From contig CM039006.1 in assembly GCA_017499595.2 (NCBI GenBank), positions 1,302,001 to 1,366,000 of the forward strand: a stretch of 64,000 nt of DNA, in the 5' to 3' direction. How positions within the stretch are numbered: position 1 is the first letter of the stretch; every line of letters begins with the position of its first letter. The notes below the pieces were generated by a model that saw nothing but the letters and a program-made list of their open reading frames with translations, did no database searches and was not told where the DNA came from. A program made the translations under genes and the position numbers. Of the stretch, positions 1 through 13,700 are shown piece by piece. Source of the DNA: Psilocybe cubensis. Taxonomy: Eukaryota.

Positions 1-2604
1 GCTTGCAGTGAAGAATTCTCGTAGTTGACCACTCTTTTTATACTCGATTTTGTTGTAACTTGTTTGGTAGGGCATAAAGTAATTAAACTGGACCTGATAG
101 AGTACCTTGACATCGTTGTGCCCGTTTTTAGGTTCAGAACGTTCGTAAAGAAAGTTCAATGTTCTCTGACAGATGTTGCAAAACAAGCTTTCATACTTTG
201 GCCTTTCGAATCAATGTAACCGCAGTCCTGCTGACAGACGAGTTGTAGACACAAACCTTCGATTCCCACGTTCTGTACATGAGGTGTACCCTATAAGAAA
301 AAATACACCAGCAGTGGGCGCTAAATTTGGAAGAATGGACATTACCGTGACTGGGTGGTTGTTTTCAAACATCTGTGAGTGAGAAAACTAAAGCTTCCAA
401 TTGAAATGATAGACGAATGTAGCTAAAGGAAACACTTGCAAAGTATGTGCTGTATTTTGGGTGTAGCCTAGACTCAGTTAGATTCAAACCTTGTGCACAA
501 TATTCAGTACCACACAGGTCTAGCACTTTTACGTCGAAACAGGAAACAAAAAATACTTACAACGTGCTGCACCTTGCTGCAAGCCTCAAGGTCATACCAG
601 CTCCATGGAGTTTTCAGGTGACTTACGAAAGTGGTTCCTAGCAGTTTAAGCGGGTTAAAATAATATTAGGCATGTTTTGTTAACTTATACTTGTTCTACA
701 AAGCGTGTCGTTTCCCAAGATTTTCAAACAATTACTGATCTTCTCAAAAAAATATTGGAGCTATCGTAACTTGTAGTCAACTTCTACAACTCTACAGAAT
801 TAACCCTACCAAACCAAAGCAGATCCAAATTCAATAAGTCAATCTTGCATATTCCTATCGCCCAATGCCCAATAAGCTATTTGACTTGATGAAGGACTTG
901 TACCATGTCCAGAAAGCATTCTTCCAGTCAAATTGGATATAGTTTTTTTTGGTTTCGTTGCGGGCCTCGTTGACTGGGCAGAGGGTAGAGAACCAACGTG
1001 ACATTCTTCAATCGCCCGCAATCCATACAGGCATTGTGTACCGGCAGCTTCCGAGCTCTCATGGATATCAATTATCATGGAACTATCCGTTGATGGCCCG
1101 ATCTGACACTTTGTACTTCGACAGCTTGACTATTACGGCGTCCGATTCGAAGACACTTGGGATCTTTTTATTTACGATACCAGCACCAGTAATCTTTTTC
1201 CCATTTGTTATAAGGCACAATTTCCACCTGCGAGAGGCCTAGGACTCTTAAAAGGGGATAAAAGTCGGGGTTAAACTTTTTTGAAAGTGGAGAGATTGTG
1301 CTATGCTGCAATGCTGTTCGTCAGGAATTTTTGACTCCGCTTTCATTCTCCGCCGGATCTCTCCCGAGCATCTGGAGCCGAATTACAACAACCTTCCATT
1401 CACAAGGCGGCCAGGCCTTCCTTTCTGTTTGGGTGAGTTGGAGCGAAGCCTGTATTGCTCTAGATGTCGGAAGATGTTAGGCCCGGTTGTGTCATTTGAC
1501 AGTTTCGTTAGCAAGGATTGGTGTCCCTCGTCAGGGCAGTTCGCGGAGATTAAAAAAGAATTCAATGTCAGACAACACTTGCCTTTGGTTTTATATCGTT
1601 TATGATCTAATCTTGGTCTAATCAGATGAATCACCTGGATAACTTCTAACGTTAGAGACATCTAGAATTGAGATAAAACCCGACTAGTTGGCCCTTTCAG
1701 CGCCGCCGATTCAACTTCAATGGCTCATGATCCAGTGGCAGAGGCTTCTGTTCCTTGGGCCACCTCCTGGGTGTAACCCCAAATTTTCAAAAGTGGGGTC
1801 CCTAGATTTAAACCGAGTATGGGCTTAGTTTGGAGTAACTTGGAGCTTTCCTTGCTCTATTCATGTGTATACTGTCATCGTGATGTATCATACAAACTTT
1901 CTTTCGTGTCATACACATACACGACTTGTGAAGCGCCACCATGGACGGCACAAATTGACATAAATAGCCGGCAATTCTCGGCATATCGGCAACTTTTATG
2001 ATTGCCACAGATTCTGGGTTGTGTCAAGTTTTACAAATTTACTTACACAAGACTCACATTTGAGGGACTAGAAAAGTGGTCGGTCTAGAAATCCAGTCGT
2101 TTGAAGAGACAGTCATTCAGTGATATCCTCTCACGCACAATTTTGGCTCAAAACACTGCACTGAAGAAGGTCTTCCATGATGTAAATCGGCGTCATTGAG
2201 GCAAACCGCCTTCTATAATATTCCTATGCTCTATGTAATGTCTTGATACCTGCTTTTTTCGAGTTCACTTGGGGTCATCATTGATGTTCACCCTTCAGTC
2301 ATTTTAAGCCATATAAAACTCCGGCTCTATGTTAACCTAGTGCCCTCAGACGCCCAAGGGAATAGATGTATCAGATACAGCATTGTTTCTTTCTACCAGA
2401 TTGTAGTGAGCATCTGGAACTTTTAGACCCTACAAGAAACGTAGGCAGAGCACATTACCCTGCAGTTATCTATGTTAATTCGCTTCCTCACATGCTTCTG
2501 TATGAAATATATGCGTAAACGCCGTAAACCTAGTACGTTTCTAGGCGAGCCTGTTGAAGTAAAGGGTGCATCCCTGAAGCACTCCGATTTGCGATTTCTT
2601 GCAG

Positions 2605-2611
2605 TATAAAA
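2605..2611 (+). promoter_or_regulatory. Putative TATA box of the tyrosinase gene
   Basis: TATAAAA about 85 nt upstream of the ATG at 2691. Confidence 0.4.
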
Positions 2612-2690
2612 GCTGTTTGCATACTTTGGAAGGTCATCAGTTCCTCTCCAACGAGCCTGAATATTCCATTCACTACGACACATTTTCAAG

Positions 2691-4618
2691 ATGGTCAACC
2701 GACTTATTGTTGAGGGCGCTGTACCCAAGGTCTCGGGACAGGCACCAGAGCGACTCGAAATCTCTGTCTTCCTCAAAGATATCCGACAATTCTCTCTTTA
2801 TATCCAAGCTCTTGGTACGTCTCGGATACATTGGTAGAGCATGTGGTTGAAAATATTTTTTCTGGTACAGTCGCCCTTTATAGTCAAGATAGAAACGATC
2901 CAGCATCTTTTTGGCAAATTGCTGGAATACACGGTCAACCATACGTCGACTATGATGGCACACCATGCGACGGGAATGAATATTGCGTTCACAGCACGGA
3001 TCTGTTCTCACCGTGGCATCGGCCATATGTCGTTCTCTTTGAGGTATTACTCAAATATTTACTCCATTTATCCTACTTATGTTATCCTATAGCAAGAGAT
3101 CCAGAAGTTGGCCCGGGAAATTGCGTCAACGTACAAGTACGATTGCGACTCGTGGATGGAATCAGCAGCTGCGTTACGCCAGCCGTACTGGGGCTGGGAT
3201 AAGATGGAGAGCGTAGTTCCTCCTGACGAAATCATCGTGGAGACAAATGTTCAAATTATGAAGCCAGATTGCAAATCACTAGTATTTGTTCCGAATCCTT
3301 TCTTGACGTACTACTACCCCGAAGGAGGAAACTCTTCCTTTGTTGAACATTTCAAATTTCGGCCAAATACTTCGCGGTACCCAAACACAAACTGGATCTC
3401 GCAGACAACGATGTTGAAGGCGTAAGTGTGTTTTTCTTATTTTAAAGGGTTGTGCCGATATTTTTTTATATTTACAGGGCGCTTCGAGCAGAAGCTCCAG
3501 CAATTGTAGAAAACACACAAAGGCTGTTCTCGCTGAAGACATGGCACGATTTTACTCTGGGAAGCAATGGAACCACAGGTCTAGAGGGCATCCATAACAC
3601 CATCCATTCCACTACAGGCGGTGCGAAAGGTAACATGGCGTACATTGAAGTAGCAGGCAAGTTTAAAGTAGAAAGGTGAACTTTCAATTTAATGCTAATT
3701 TATGACCTGCCATTACTCTCCAGCTTTTGATCCCATCTTCTGGTTACATCACACTCAAGTCGATCGGATTGCAGACTTGTGGTATAGATCTCATCGCTTA
3801 TGGGCAGAAAGCATAAAAGGTTCAGACATCCTTTACTTCAAAGAAAATAATCCATCTGCTCAAAGTCCACACTAGATTTATTGCCATTCAGAAAAACTCA
3901 AACCGACTACTGGCAATCTCCCGGCATCGTTGATACAGCGGATACCTTCAATTATCAATACGCAGGGAGAGCACCTAAAGCCTCTTCCTCAGAAGATGTC
4001 GCAGAGCCCGCAGAGGGTATATCTTCATTTGAATTATTATGTCAACCGAACTTAAATACTAATGCCGCCTCGTTCGTAGTAGCGCTTGAAGAATATTCAC
4101 ACGCGCCCACAAGTGGCACAATTTTAGAATGGAGTATTCGCGTGCAATGCAAACCATTCGCACTAGGCGGCAGTTTCTCGGTGTACATCTTCCTCGCCCC
4201 CACGGTGCCCCCCACTGATTCCGCCCAATGGCTTTTCGACCCCACGTTCGCCGGAACGGTCGATGTCTTCGCCAACACAAATCCTGAGCAATGTGCGAAC
4301 TGCACAAGCCATGCGAATGAGCTGATCAAGGGCTTTGTGCACATCAATCGTATATTCAAGAGTCGATCCGGAGCGCATTCCATCGACCCTGACGCTGTTT
4401 TGCCTTATCTTAGAAGCAACTTGAGCTGGGGCGTGGTCAAGGTAAGTGGAATTTTATTGTCCACCCCGCGTGGTGGTGTTCCAAATGGCTTACACAAAAC
4501 TATTTAGGCGTCGGGAGAAGTGGTTGAGATTGAAAAATTACCGTCACTTGAGGTGACGGCCATGTACACGCCGCTCAAACCTGAAATCACTCGGGGTCGG
4601 ACTGGAGGACATCTTTAA
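2691..4618 (+). CDS. Tyrosinase / polyphenol oxidase (type-3 copper) with fungal C-terminal shielding domain; 7 exons
   Basis: Approximate exons 2691-2814, 2871-3043, 3093-3421, 3478-3656, 3724-3819, 3876-4441, 4508-4618. CuA motifs GIHG, YCVH (Cys-X-His) and PWHRPY; LRQPYWGW; CuB motifs EGIHNTIH and AFDPIFWLHH; C-terminal CANC (CXXC) and TRGRTGG end typical of agaric PPOs. Confidence 0.93.
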
Positions 4619-4806
4619 GGAGGTGTAACTTGCATATCTTTGCTGCTTTTCTTTTCTTTTCTTTTCTTTCTCTCTTTCATTTCTCTAGCGCGATGTACTA
4701 AAATGACGGTGCCTTGAGACACCCGTGATAGATTGGCGATACATTTCTACCGGCTCTCTGCACGTTAAATACAGCTTTAAACGAAATTTATTTGCAAGAA
4801 CAAGAG

Positions 4807-6750
4807 AACTTCATTATAACCCATTGATCAATTGCCTAAATGTGCAACGGGAAGTAACCCGCCAATTGTCCGGTTTGATGAATTGAGAAATGAGAAATGA
4901 GAAATGACGAATTGATCCACTTGGGCGTCTACACTGATAAGCGCTCGTGAGTACTGACTTTGTTCAATTATTCTTTGATTTAGCGCCCGATGAGACGATC
5001 AGGCTGTGCTTTTTCATCGTGTTGCGGAGGACATAGCTTGAGCTCACATTTTAAATTCGAATACGAATTCTGGAGAGTCGAGATGGATATAAATGATAAT
5101 GTAAGGGTTCTTGCTATGCTTTTTCTTGGTGGGGTGGTGGTAAGGTGATGCGATTTTACTTTTTACTAGTACTTTTACTTTTACTTTTCAGCGGGAATCA
5201 CAGTGGGTGTTGCTTTGCTCTTTCCTCTTTTGCATTTCGCTCTTTTGCATTTTGCATTTTTCGTTTTCGTTTTGTATCTTTCGGAAATCATTCATGACTC
5301 ATGGGCATAATAGATTCGGGTCCTGCCAGCTCCTCGGGAGGAAGTCTGAGGAAGTGGATTTGTGTAACGTCGTCAACCCTCACCCTCACTCTCACCCTCA
5401 CCGTCCATCGAACGCGATTCTTAAGTTCTTCTATCTCATGCGATTGCAATTTACGATAACTCTTTTTCGTTTTTGAGTCTTGAGATACGTACGTTTGCTT
5501 TTCGCCGAGTTGGTCTTTTTTGCTGACAAGTATACCGCGGCGTTGGGTCTTGTCGGATCCTGACTGTGATTGTGATTGTGATTGTGATTTCCTCCGTTCC
5601 TCCGTTCTCCCTTGCGCTCAAGCATGTTGCAGTTGTATGCTGGTTTAATCGTTCTTTTTCACAGGGCTCGGGATGCGGTGTAAAGGGGTTCAGACCGTCT
5701 GAGTCAGTTCAGATCTAGAGCGCACACGCTCTCGCTCTCGCGTGCTCAACGACACTCTGCTGCGCCGCTGCGCCGCTGTGCCGCTGTGCTGTATCGCTGG
5801 CAGAATGACAATGGTCGAATACAATTTGGTGGGATTCGAATAAGCAAGAAATGACGTCTCTGCCTCCGCCTCCGCCTCGCTGGCCTGTCAATATTGGCTG
5901 GTCATTTTATTCGAATTTTCGCACGCACCGCGTAGTGACTAGTACTCGAAGGGTGGTGCAGAACTGGCTATGGAAAGTGGGAAGTGGAACTGGTCCTAGG
6001 TCCTCCGGTTTTACGCCTGGTCGCCTGGTTGTGCCCGGGTTTTCTGGCGCGCACGAATTTATTTTTTTTGGCTTCTGGATTCTGGATTCTGGGCTCTGGA
6101 TTCTGGGCTCTGGGCTCTGGGTTCAATTGTGGATTGATGCATCGATGAGTTGGTCTCCGGCCGGGATTGTGTTGTGTTGTATCATATTGTGTTGTATGTA
6201 TTTGCGAGGTCGGTAGAGTGCATGTGCTATGTTTTTGGGATATCTGCTACTGTTAGCATGCGTGGATGGTTTGGTAGGTAAGGCAACACTTAGAACTTAG
6301 AGGTTAATTTGGTCAACTTCTGGTTCTGGTTCTGGTTGATTTCTGGTTTTGGTTAATTTCTGGTTCTGGTTTTATCGGTAAAAAATTGGGGAGGAGAAGA
6401 TTCAAGAAGAATTTGGATTCGTATTTGGATTTGGGTGCAACGTGCATGAGAGCCGAACACGATGCATTTTCGGATGTGTGGATGATGCGATGAGGATCTT
6501 CCCTGTGTGCGGGATTTTCCATATTGTTTACTTGCAGAGGATGGCTGGCTGGTGACTCTGAAGGCCATCGTCCGACCTCTTTTGATGGGATTCGATATTC
6601 CCGGCGGCAGTGACTGTGTATTTTATTTTTGTGGTTGCGTCACTCCGGAGGAGACTGCTCTGTAAAGTATACACGGCCCTACGTAGTGGGTTTATCATGC
6701 AGTATAAATATATATTTTTCCGGGCACACTCGAAAAATAAGCTTCTGCGC
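4807..6750. repeat. Left arm of a long degenerate inverted repeat (partner ~14740-16277)
   Basis: 4807-5146 matches the reverse complement of ~15962-16277 (shared strings include cccgccaattgtccggtttgatgaa, tctacactgataagcgctcgtgagt and gtgttgcggagg). Further collinear matches at ~5548-5690, ~5720-5810, ~6030-6055, ~6150-6190 (ttggtctccggccggg), ~6318-6400 and ~6700. Confidence 0.85.
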
Positions 6751-7299
6751 GCTTCGTCTGGAGAGTAGACTAGGCGCAGTCGCAGTGGGAGGAGAGGCAA
6801 GGGAGAAAGGGAGATGGCTGTGTGAAAAAAGCAGATAAAGGCGATTAGATAAGGAGGCCTGTTCCTTGGGATGTAGATCCGAGGGATCAGAAAATGGCAA
6901 GTGTTCCCTTCTGTTCTTGTCGCTTGTTGGCCTGTTTGCAGCCTGCCGTCCAATCCTAACGCACACACGGCACGGGCTCGGGCACGCGTTTCGTCTCCTC
7001 TCACGACGGCGGTGCATCCTACCCCCCCAACAACGACGAGGTCCAGGACGAGGAGAGACCAGTGGAAGCTGAGCTAAGCTAATCGGTGTAAGTGCCCAGC
7101 TGCTTCTCCTTCTTCTTGCCCTTGTCCATCCAGGGGAAGAGGGAAGGGAAGGAGGGGGCGTGTGGCTTCCCAATTTGTTTGCAAACGCGTGTTTTTACTC
7201 AACATGAGGCAACAATCTCAGGGCTTTCCCGGGAGGTCGTGATCCAACACCCTACGGAGAGGAGGGGTCATATCCGACTATTCTATTCCACACAGATAG

Positions 7300-7760
7300 C
7301 TAGCTAGCTAGCTGGCCGCGCACACGCACACACGCACGCAACGCAACGTAGTCAGGTCAGGTTAGGTCAGGCCAGGTCAGGTCAGGTCAGGTAGGTTAGG
7401 TCAGGTCAGGCCAGTCTGTTCCTGGAAAGCAGCGACCCATCTGACCCACCCACCCGCAATCCAGATCCTCTGAATCCCCTGCACACCCCACCTGCCCCCC
7501 TCCCCCTCCCATCCGACATCGGCACATCCGCTTCCCTTCTCAGCACACCCACACAACCCGTGCATCCGCCCGCTATCCCAATCGTCCGCTATCGCGCAAC
7601 GGCCCAACCAGAAGAAGAAGAAGTTGAAGAGGGGAAAAAAGGAAGGGCGTTGGATTACTGGATAGGATAGGACTCAGATTTTGGGAGGGGAGAATTGTCG
7701 TTTTTTTGTTTCTTTTTCGATTCGATTCGATTCGATTTCGATTTCGATTGAATTCAATTC
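7300..7760. repeat. Microsatellite cluster upstream of the 7762 gene: (TAGC)n, (GTCAG)n, (TTCGA)n
   Basis: Directly visible tandem arrays at ~7297-7312, ~7351-7410 and ~7716-7760. Confidence 0.85.
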
Positions 7761-7761
7761 G

Positions 7762-10700
7762 ATGCCAGCGGTGTCGCAGCATGTGCCATCATCCACCCTC
7801 CCCCCCACCAGCACCAACACCAACACCAATGCATACCGCCCATCCGCATCCGACGCACTCGACACCTTCGAGCCCGACGCCGCATGGGTCGACGAGATGC
7901 GCAAGAAGATCGAGGAGAGCCTGCACTCCATGGTCCTCGACGCACAGCAGAACATGGAGGCGCAGCTCATGCGCACGGTCGTCTCAATCGACGAGCGGAA
8001 TAGGATCAAGAACGAGTATTTCGCTGCCATGCACAATGTCAAAGCTATCGCGACCGATGCGCTCCGTGCCGAAGTCGCAGAGGAGAGGAAACGCCGTAAA
8101 AAGGTTCGTCTTCCTCGCTTGTCTACGCTATTGTGATCATCGCTAGAAAACAAGCTTTTTTTTTACTTCTTTTTTTCACTTTCTTTTTCTTTTGGGGTTT
8201 TTTGGGGTTTTGTTTTGTTTTGTTATAGCAAGCGGAGATTGAGAATTTGAGCAAGACATTTATCAAGCAGCCCGCGCAGAGCATCGACGGTTTGGCCATC
8301 GAGAGCCCGACGGACTTTCGCGTCGGCTCGGTTCCCATCAGCGATCCCCTCCCACCTCCCCATGCTCATGCTCATACGCATACGTATGCCCCGCTCCAAT
8401 CACACACACCGCCAATTCCGCACATCCACGATGAGCACGAGCGGAGCTCGCCCCGCCCGCGCGCCTCTGTTTCTGCATCTGCCTCGGCCTCGGCCTCTGC
8501 ATCTGCATCCGCCTCTGCGCGGCGCACGTCGACATCGGATGTAAAGAGCACGAGCACATCCACATCTACCGCATCACCCCGCGATCGCGATCTTCCTCCC
8601 GACCCCGCTGCGCCCCCATCTCGCCGGCACAGCACCACCACCAAACACGCACACGCACATGGACACGGACACGGGCAAGCACGCGGGTACGGGCAAACAC
8701 CCGCACCCGCACACGCACACGCACAGGAGGACGCTGACGAGCCCGACGTGATGGCTTACCACCACCTCCCTCCGCCAGCCCCGCCGGCGGCGCCAAGGAG
8801 CCACCGCAACTCCATCGACCGCCCTGCGTTCCCGCCCCCGCCCCCGCCCCCGCCGTTCGCGATGGCCGATCGGACGGCTGAAGGGGGATCAGGGGTATCA
8901 TCGCCATCACCATCAGCGGGGGCGGGGCACGGGCACGGGCACGGCGCATCGCTTCGGCGCTCGTCTGGCTCGATCCGGTCTGGTTCGGAGCGGGGTAGTG
9001 CCGCTCCTGCTCCTGCTCCTGCATCTGGTTCTGGTTCTGTAGCGGATATGGTGTGGAAGCCGACGATCAGCGTCAGTGCGGGTGAGGAGAGCGGATCGGG
9101 TACGGGGAGTGCTGCGTCCAAGTATGCGCACGGGCACAGGGACAGGGACAGAGAACACCGAGAACTCAGGGAACAGCACAGAGAACTCAGGGAGCTGAGA
9201 GAGCAGCACAGGGACCAGCAGCAACAGCAACAAGTAGGCCGGCGCGGGAGCTCCGCGAGTCTCACGAGCCTCACGAGCTTGACGAGCCTGACGAGTCTGA
9301 CGAGTATGCGCTCGACGGGGTCGAGCGTGGGTGTGGGTGTGCGCCCGTCGATTTCGGAGACTATTCCGGAGAGGGTTGATGGGTTTGAGGGCGAGGGCGA
9401 GGGCGAGGGGGAAGGTGATCTTGAGGGCGGGGGTGATGGAGCTGGAGTTGGAAGAGGAGGTGGTGATAAACACGATAGACGAAGATCGTCGGATAAAGCG
9501 CCGCGCGACAAAGATAAAGACAAAGATAAAGAGAAGCGCGCGATGAAACGGAGGGAGAGGGATAGAGAGAGGGAGAGGGAGAGGGAGAGTCGGCGCACGC
9601 GCACGCGCACGCCCGATATCGATGTGTCCCAGCTGCCTCCTGCATCGTCATCGTCTGCTACGACGACTGCGTCTTCGGCGACGATGCAGTACGCTACGGC
9701 TGCTTCGTCATCGACAACGTCCATACCAACCTCTACGTCTACGTCTACGTCTATGGCTACAGCTACAGGTACAGGTACATCTATACCAACATCTACATCT
9801 ACATCTATACCAACATCTACATCTACATCTATACCGACATCTACAGCTACACCAATGAGACGCTCATCCAAATCATCCTTTGCCCCTCCTCCTCCTCCAC
9901 GCTCGCCTTACACCTCTAACGACATCCCCGACCGCGACCGCGACAGGGAGAGGGAGAGGGAGTACACTGCGCCCATACCGCCGAGCAGACCTATGAGCGC
10001 GAAAGCGCCGTTTGCCGAATACGAGTACCCGCACGACTACGAGTATGCGGTTCAGTATACACCTGATTATCCGCGCGAGCATTCGCAGGATTATCAGCAC
10101 GAGTATCAGAACGAGTATTCGCAAGATTATCAACACGAGTATGATTATCCGCATCAGCATCCGGCGGTGTCGGTGTCGGTGTCGCGTAAGGCGTCGTTTA
10201 CGCATGATGAGCGGCGGCGCGAGTGGGAGCGCGAGAGGGATAGTCTCAGGGAGAGGGAGAGGGATGGTCTGAGGGATGGTTTGAGAGAGAGGGATAGTCT
10301 GAGGGAGAGAGATAGTTTGAGGGAACGAGAAAGGGACCGCGAGAGGGAGAGGGAGAGGGAACGCGAGAGAGATAGGGAAAGGGAGAGGGGGAGGGAAAGA
10401 GAGTATTGGGACGATGAGCGTGATCGGGATAGGGATCGTGAGCGCTGGGAGCGTGAGCGCGAGAGGGAACGGGAAAGGGAATATGTACCCCGCGAACGTG
10501 ATGCGCCGTGGGATCGTGAGCGCGACCCACGAGAACGCGACAGGGAAAGAGAGATATACACCGACACACGCTCCTACCCGTACCCATCCCCGCGCCCTGG
10601 AGCCGGACCCGTATACGGCTCTTCTCCATCCAACACCAGTGCTGGTGGGCTCAATGCGCGGAATGCGCCGTACGCGCATACGCATGAGTACGTCCCTCCG

Positions 10701-13700
10701 CCTGAGCCTGCGTACGAGCGCGAGCGCGAGCACGCAGGGATGGCGCCGGGGTCGGCGCAGGGTATGTATTATGTCCCGCCTGCGCAGAGTGCGTTTGAGG
10801 AGTGGGATGCTAGGGATAGCGTTCGGGAGCGGGATAGGGATAGGGATAGGGATAGCATTAGAGAGAGAGAAAGGGATAGAGAAAGAGAAAGAGAACGAGA
10901 AAGAGAAGCAGGCCGCCCGATTCCCAGCCGACAACACTCGTTTACGACCAGGCGAGGAGGAGATGATGTATCTGTATTGGGTTTGTGTTTTTTTTTTTAA
11001 TTCCTATCCGTTGTTGACTGTCTTTCTTTGATATGGATAGATGGATACAATATGCGATATGGTAGTGTTGGGAGTATCAGCAGCGGCGGCGTTGGCGCTA
11101 CTGCAGGGAGCGCGGGAAGCAACACTGTGCCTATACCACCTCGCCACCCACCAACAGCAGCAGCAACAAGCAGCACCCTCAACAGCAACAACCAAACGGA
11201 CGACGGACCACAGCAACCCGCATGGACGAACTGGATCAACGAGAGCGGCGCAGCCGCAGTCGCCGGCCTCGCCCGAAGGTCAAGCGACGCGCGCCATCGC
11301 ACCGTCTCGGGGGATACACTGCCTAGTGTTAGTGTTAGTATCGCCGCCGCCGCTGCTAGTGGTGGCTTTGCGTCGTCAGCACGATCGCCTCCGCCGCCTA
11401 CCTCTGCTTCGTCGTCGCATTCGCATTCGCACCACCCACATCCACACGCGTCACCGAGCAAGAAGGCCGCGCATCGAGCCGGTGCCGCCCCCGCGTCCGC
11501 CCCGCACTCGCACGCCCACGCCCACGCCCACGCCCACGCCAAACCTCCCGCACACAGCTACGCCCACGCACGCGGCGGCGGCCCGCGCCCGCGCCCTCGC
11601 ACCACCGCGCGCGGCGCGCCCAAGCGGCCAGCTGCGGCGTACGACGACGATATCGTGTACCCCGGAGAAGCGTTCTACGACACGGATGATGTGGCGGTTG
11701 CCGTGCCGCCTCCGCCGCTGAGGAGACCGCATCGCCGGCGGAAGCCTGCTTTGGTTGAGAGTGATGATGGGTCTGAAGAGGATGAGGGTGAAGATGAGGG
11801 TGAAGATGCGGATGAGGAGGATGAGGAGGATGATGATGAGGAAGAGGAGGAGGAAGAGGAGGGGGAGGGGTATGTACATGATGAAGATGAGGAGGACGAG
11901 GATGAGGATGAGGATGAGGATGAAGACGCGATGCACGGCGACGACGAAGCTGTGTTCAGAGGTAAACGCGAGGATGAGCGGTGGCGCTCCGCGCACGAGG
12001 CACAGCGTCTCCGCGAGCTGGAAGAGGCGGCGCGGAAGCAGAAGGAGCTCGAGGAGGAAGCGGCGCGGAAGCAGCGGGAGATCGAGGAGGAGGCGGCGCG
12101 CAAGCAGCGGGAGCTCGAGGAGAAGGAGGCCGAGGTGAAGCGCCAGGCGGAGGAGGTGAAGCGGAAGGAGGAGGAGTTGAGGGTGATTTTGGAGGCTGCG
12201 AGGAAGCAGAGGGAGTTGGAGGAGAAGGAGGCGGAGGTGCGCAGGAAGGAAGAGGAGGTGAAGAGGAAGGAGGAGGAGGCGGAGATGAAGAGGAGGGAGG
12301 ACGAGCAGAAGGAGGTCGAGCGCGCGCGTATGGCCGAGGAGCTCAAGCGCCAGAAGGAGGAGGCGGAGAAGAAGGAGGCGGAGGTCCTGCGCTTGTCGGA
12401 GGAGGCGAACCGGAAGGCGAAAGAGGCGAAGAAGAAGGAGGCGGATTTGCGCAAGAAGGAGGCGCAGACGAAGATTAAGGAGCGCGAGCTCAAGGAGGAG
12501 GCGGAGCAGACGCGGAGGTTGCGCGAGCAGGCTGAGCAGGCGACCCGCGCGGCGCAGGAGCGGCTTAGGTTGTTGGAGGAGGAGACGGCGCGGAAGGAGC
12601 GCGAGGTGCGTGAGCGCGAGCTTGCTTTGACTCGTCGTGAAGAGGAGCTGAGGCGTCGCGAGGAAGAGGCGCGGCTCAAGCAGGAGGAGGCGCGTTTGAA
12701 GGAAGAGGAAGCGCGGCTGAAAGAGGAAGAGGCGCGGCTGAAAGAGGAGGAGACACGCAGGAAGGAAGAGGAGCTCGCCGCGATGAAACAGCAGGATGAG
12801 CGCAGGCGGCAGCGCGAAGAAGAGCGCAGGAGGGAAATGCTCAAGACCGAGGAGGAGAAGAACGCGCGTATCAGGGAGGAGGAGGAGGCTAAGCGTAAAG
12901 AGGCGCAGAAGCGCGACGAGCAGAGAAAGGCCGCAGAGGCCCGCAAACGTCTCGAGGATGAGGAGAAGCGTAAAAAGGCCGAGGAGGAACAGCGCCTGCG
13001 CGATAATTTTGAGCTCTCGAGCAGCATTGGCTTTGATATTGACGAGACCATGATCGAGGAGCAGGCGTACCTCATGCAGCAGTTGAAGTATGAGGCGCAG
13101 GCTGCGAAGATCATATCCAGCCGCGAGGAGCGCAAGCGCAACGACAGCTTTGGCAACGACGGTCTCTGGTCTTCCTCCTCCTCCTCCCACTTTGTCCCCT
13201 CCTCCTCCCCGGGCAACCCCACTTCTGCCTTTCCTCCCAAGAAGCCGAACGGCTCTGCAGCCACCGCACCCACCTCTGCGCGTACGCCGACTACACCCTC
13301 TGGATGGACGACGACGAGCAACAAGCCCTTCTCAACCGCCTCACCCACATCCGCGCGGTCCACTCCCGGCGCAGGCGCGATACCAGCCGGTAAACCCAGG
13401 ACAGGCTCCGTCAGCTCTGGCACATACCCCGCCACCGCCGCCGCCGCGTCGTCCTCCTCGCCGCACGCAGGCTCATTCTCCGAGGCGGACCACGCGCGCC
13501 GGCAAGCTGAATTTGCGAATAGCCAGCAAGAGCGCTTTAGACAGGAACAGGAGATGCTCGAGACGCGCAGGCAGATGAAAGCTGCTGGGAAGCCGCAGAC
13601 GAAGCAGGAGGCGCTGCGCGTGATGGATTATCACGATACGCTGTGGGCGCGACTGTCCTCTGCCGCTGTAGCTGACACTGGCTCGGGTGCGGGGCTGGGC

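Noticed and set aside
1-2600. Short ORFs and weak inverted matches (~1262-1272 vs ~1675-1685) suggesting a MITE or transposon relic
   Set aside because: The matches are too short, there is no target-site duplication, and no transposase motif is recognisable.
9700-10400. Regularly repeated units that might suggest a CRISPR array
   Set aside because: They are coding tandem repeats without unique spacers, in a eukaryotic genome.
8566-13435. Long antisense and alternative-frame ORFs (371, 354, 579 and 586 aa) over the 7762 gene
   Set aside because: These are shadows of GC-rich repetitive coding sequence that lacks stops in other frames; the products are poly-S, poly-L or similar.
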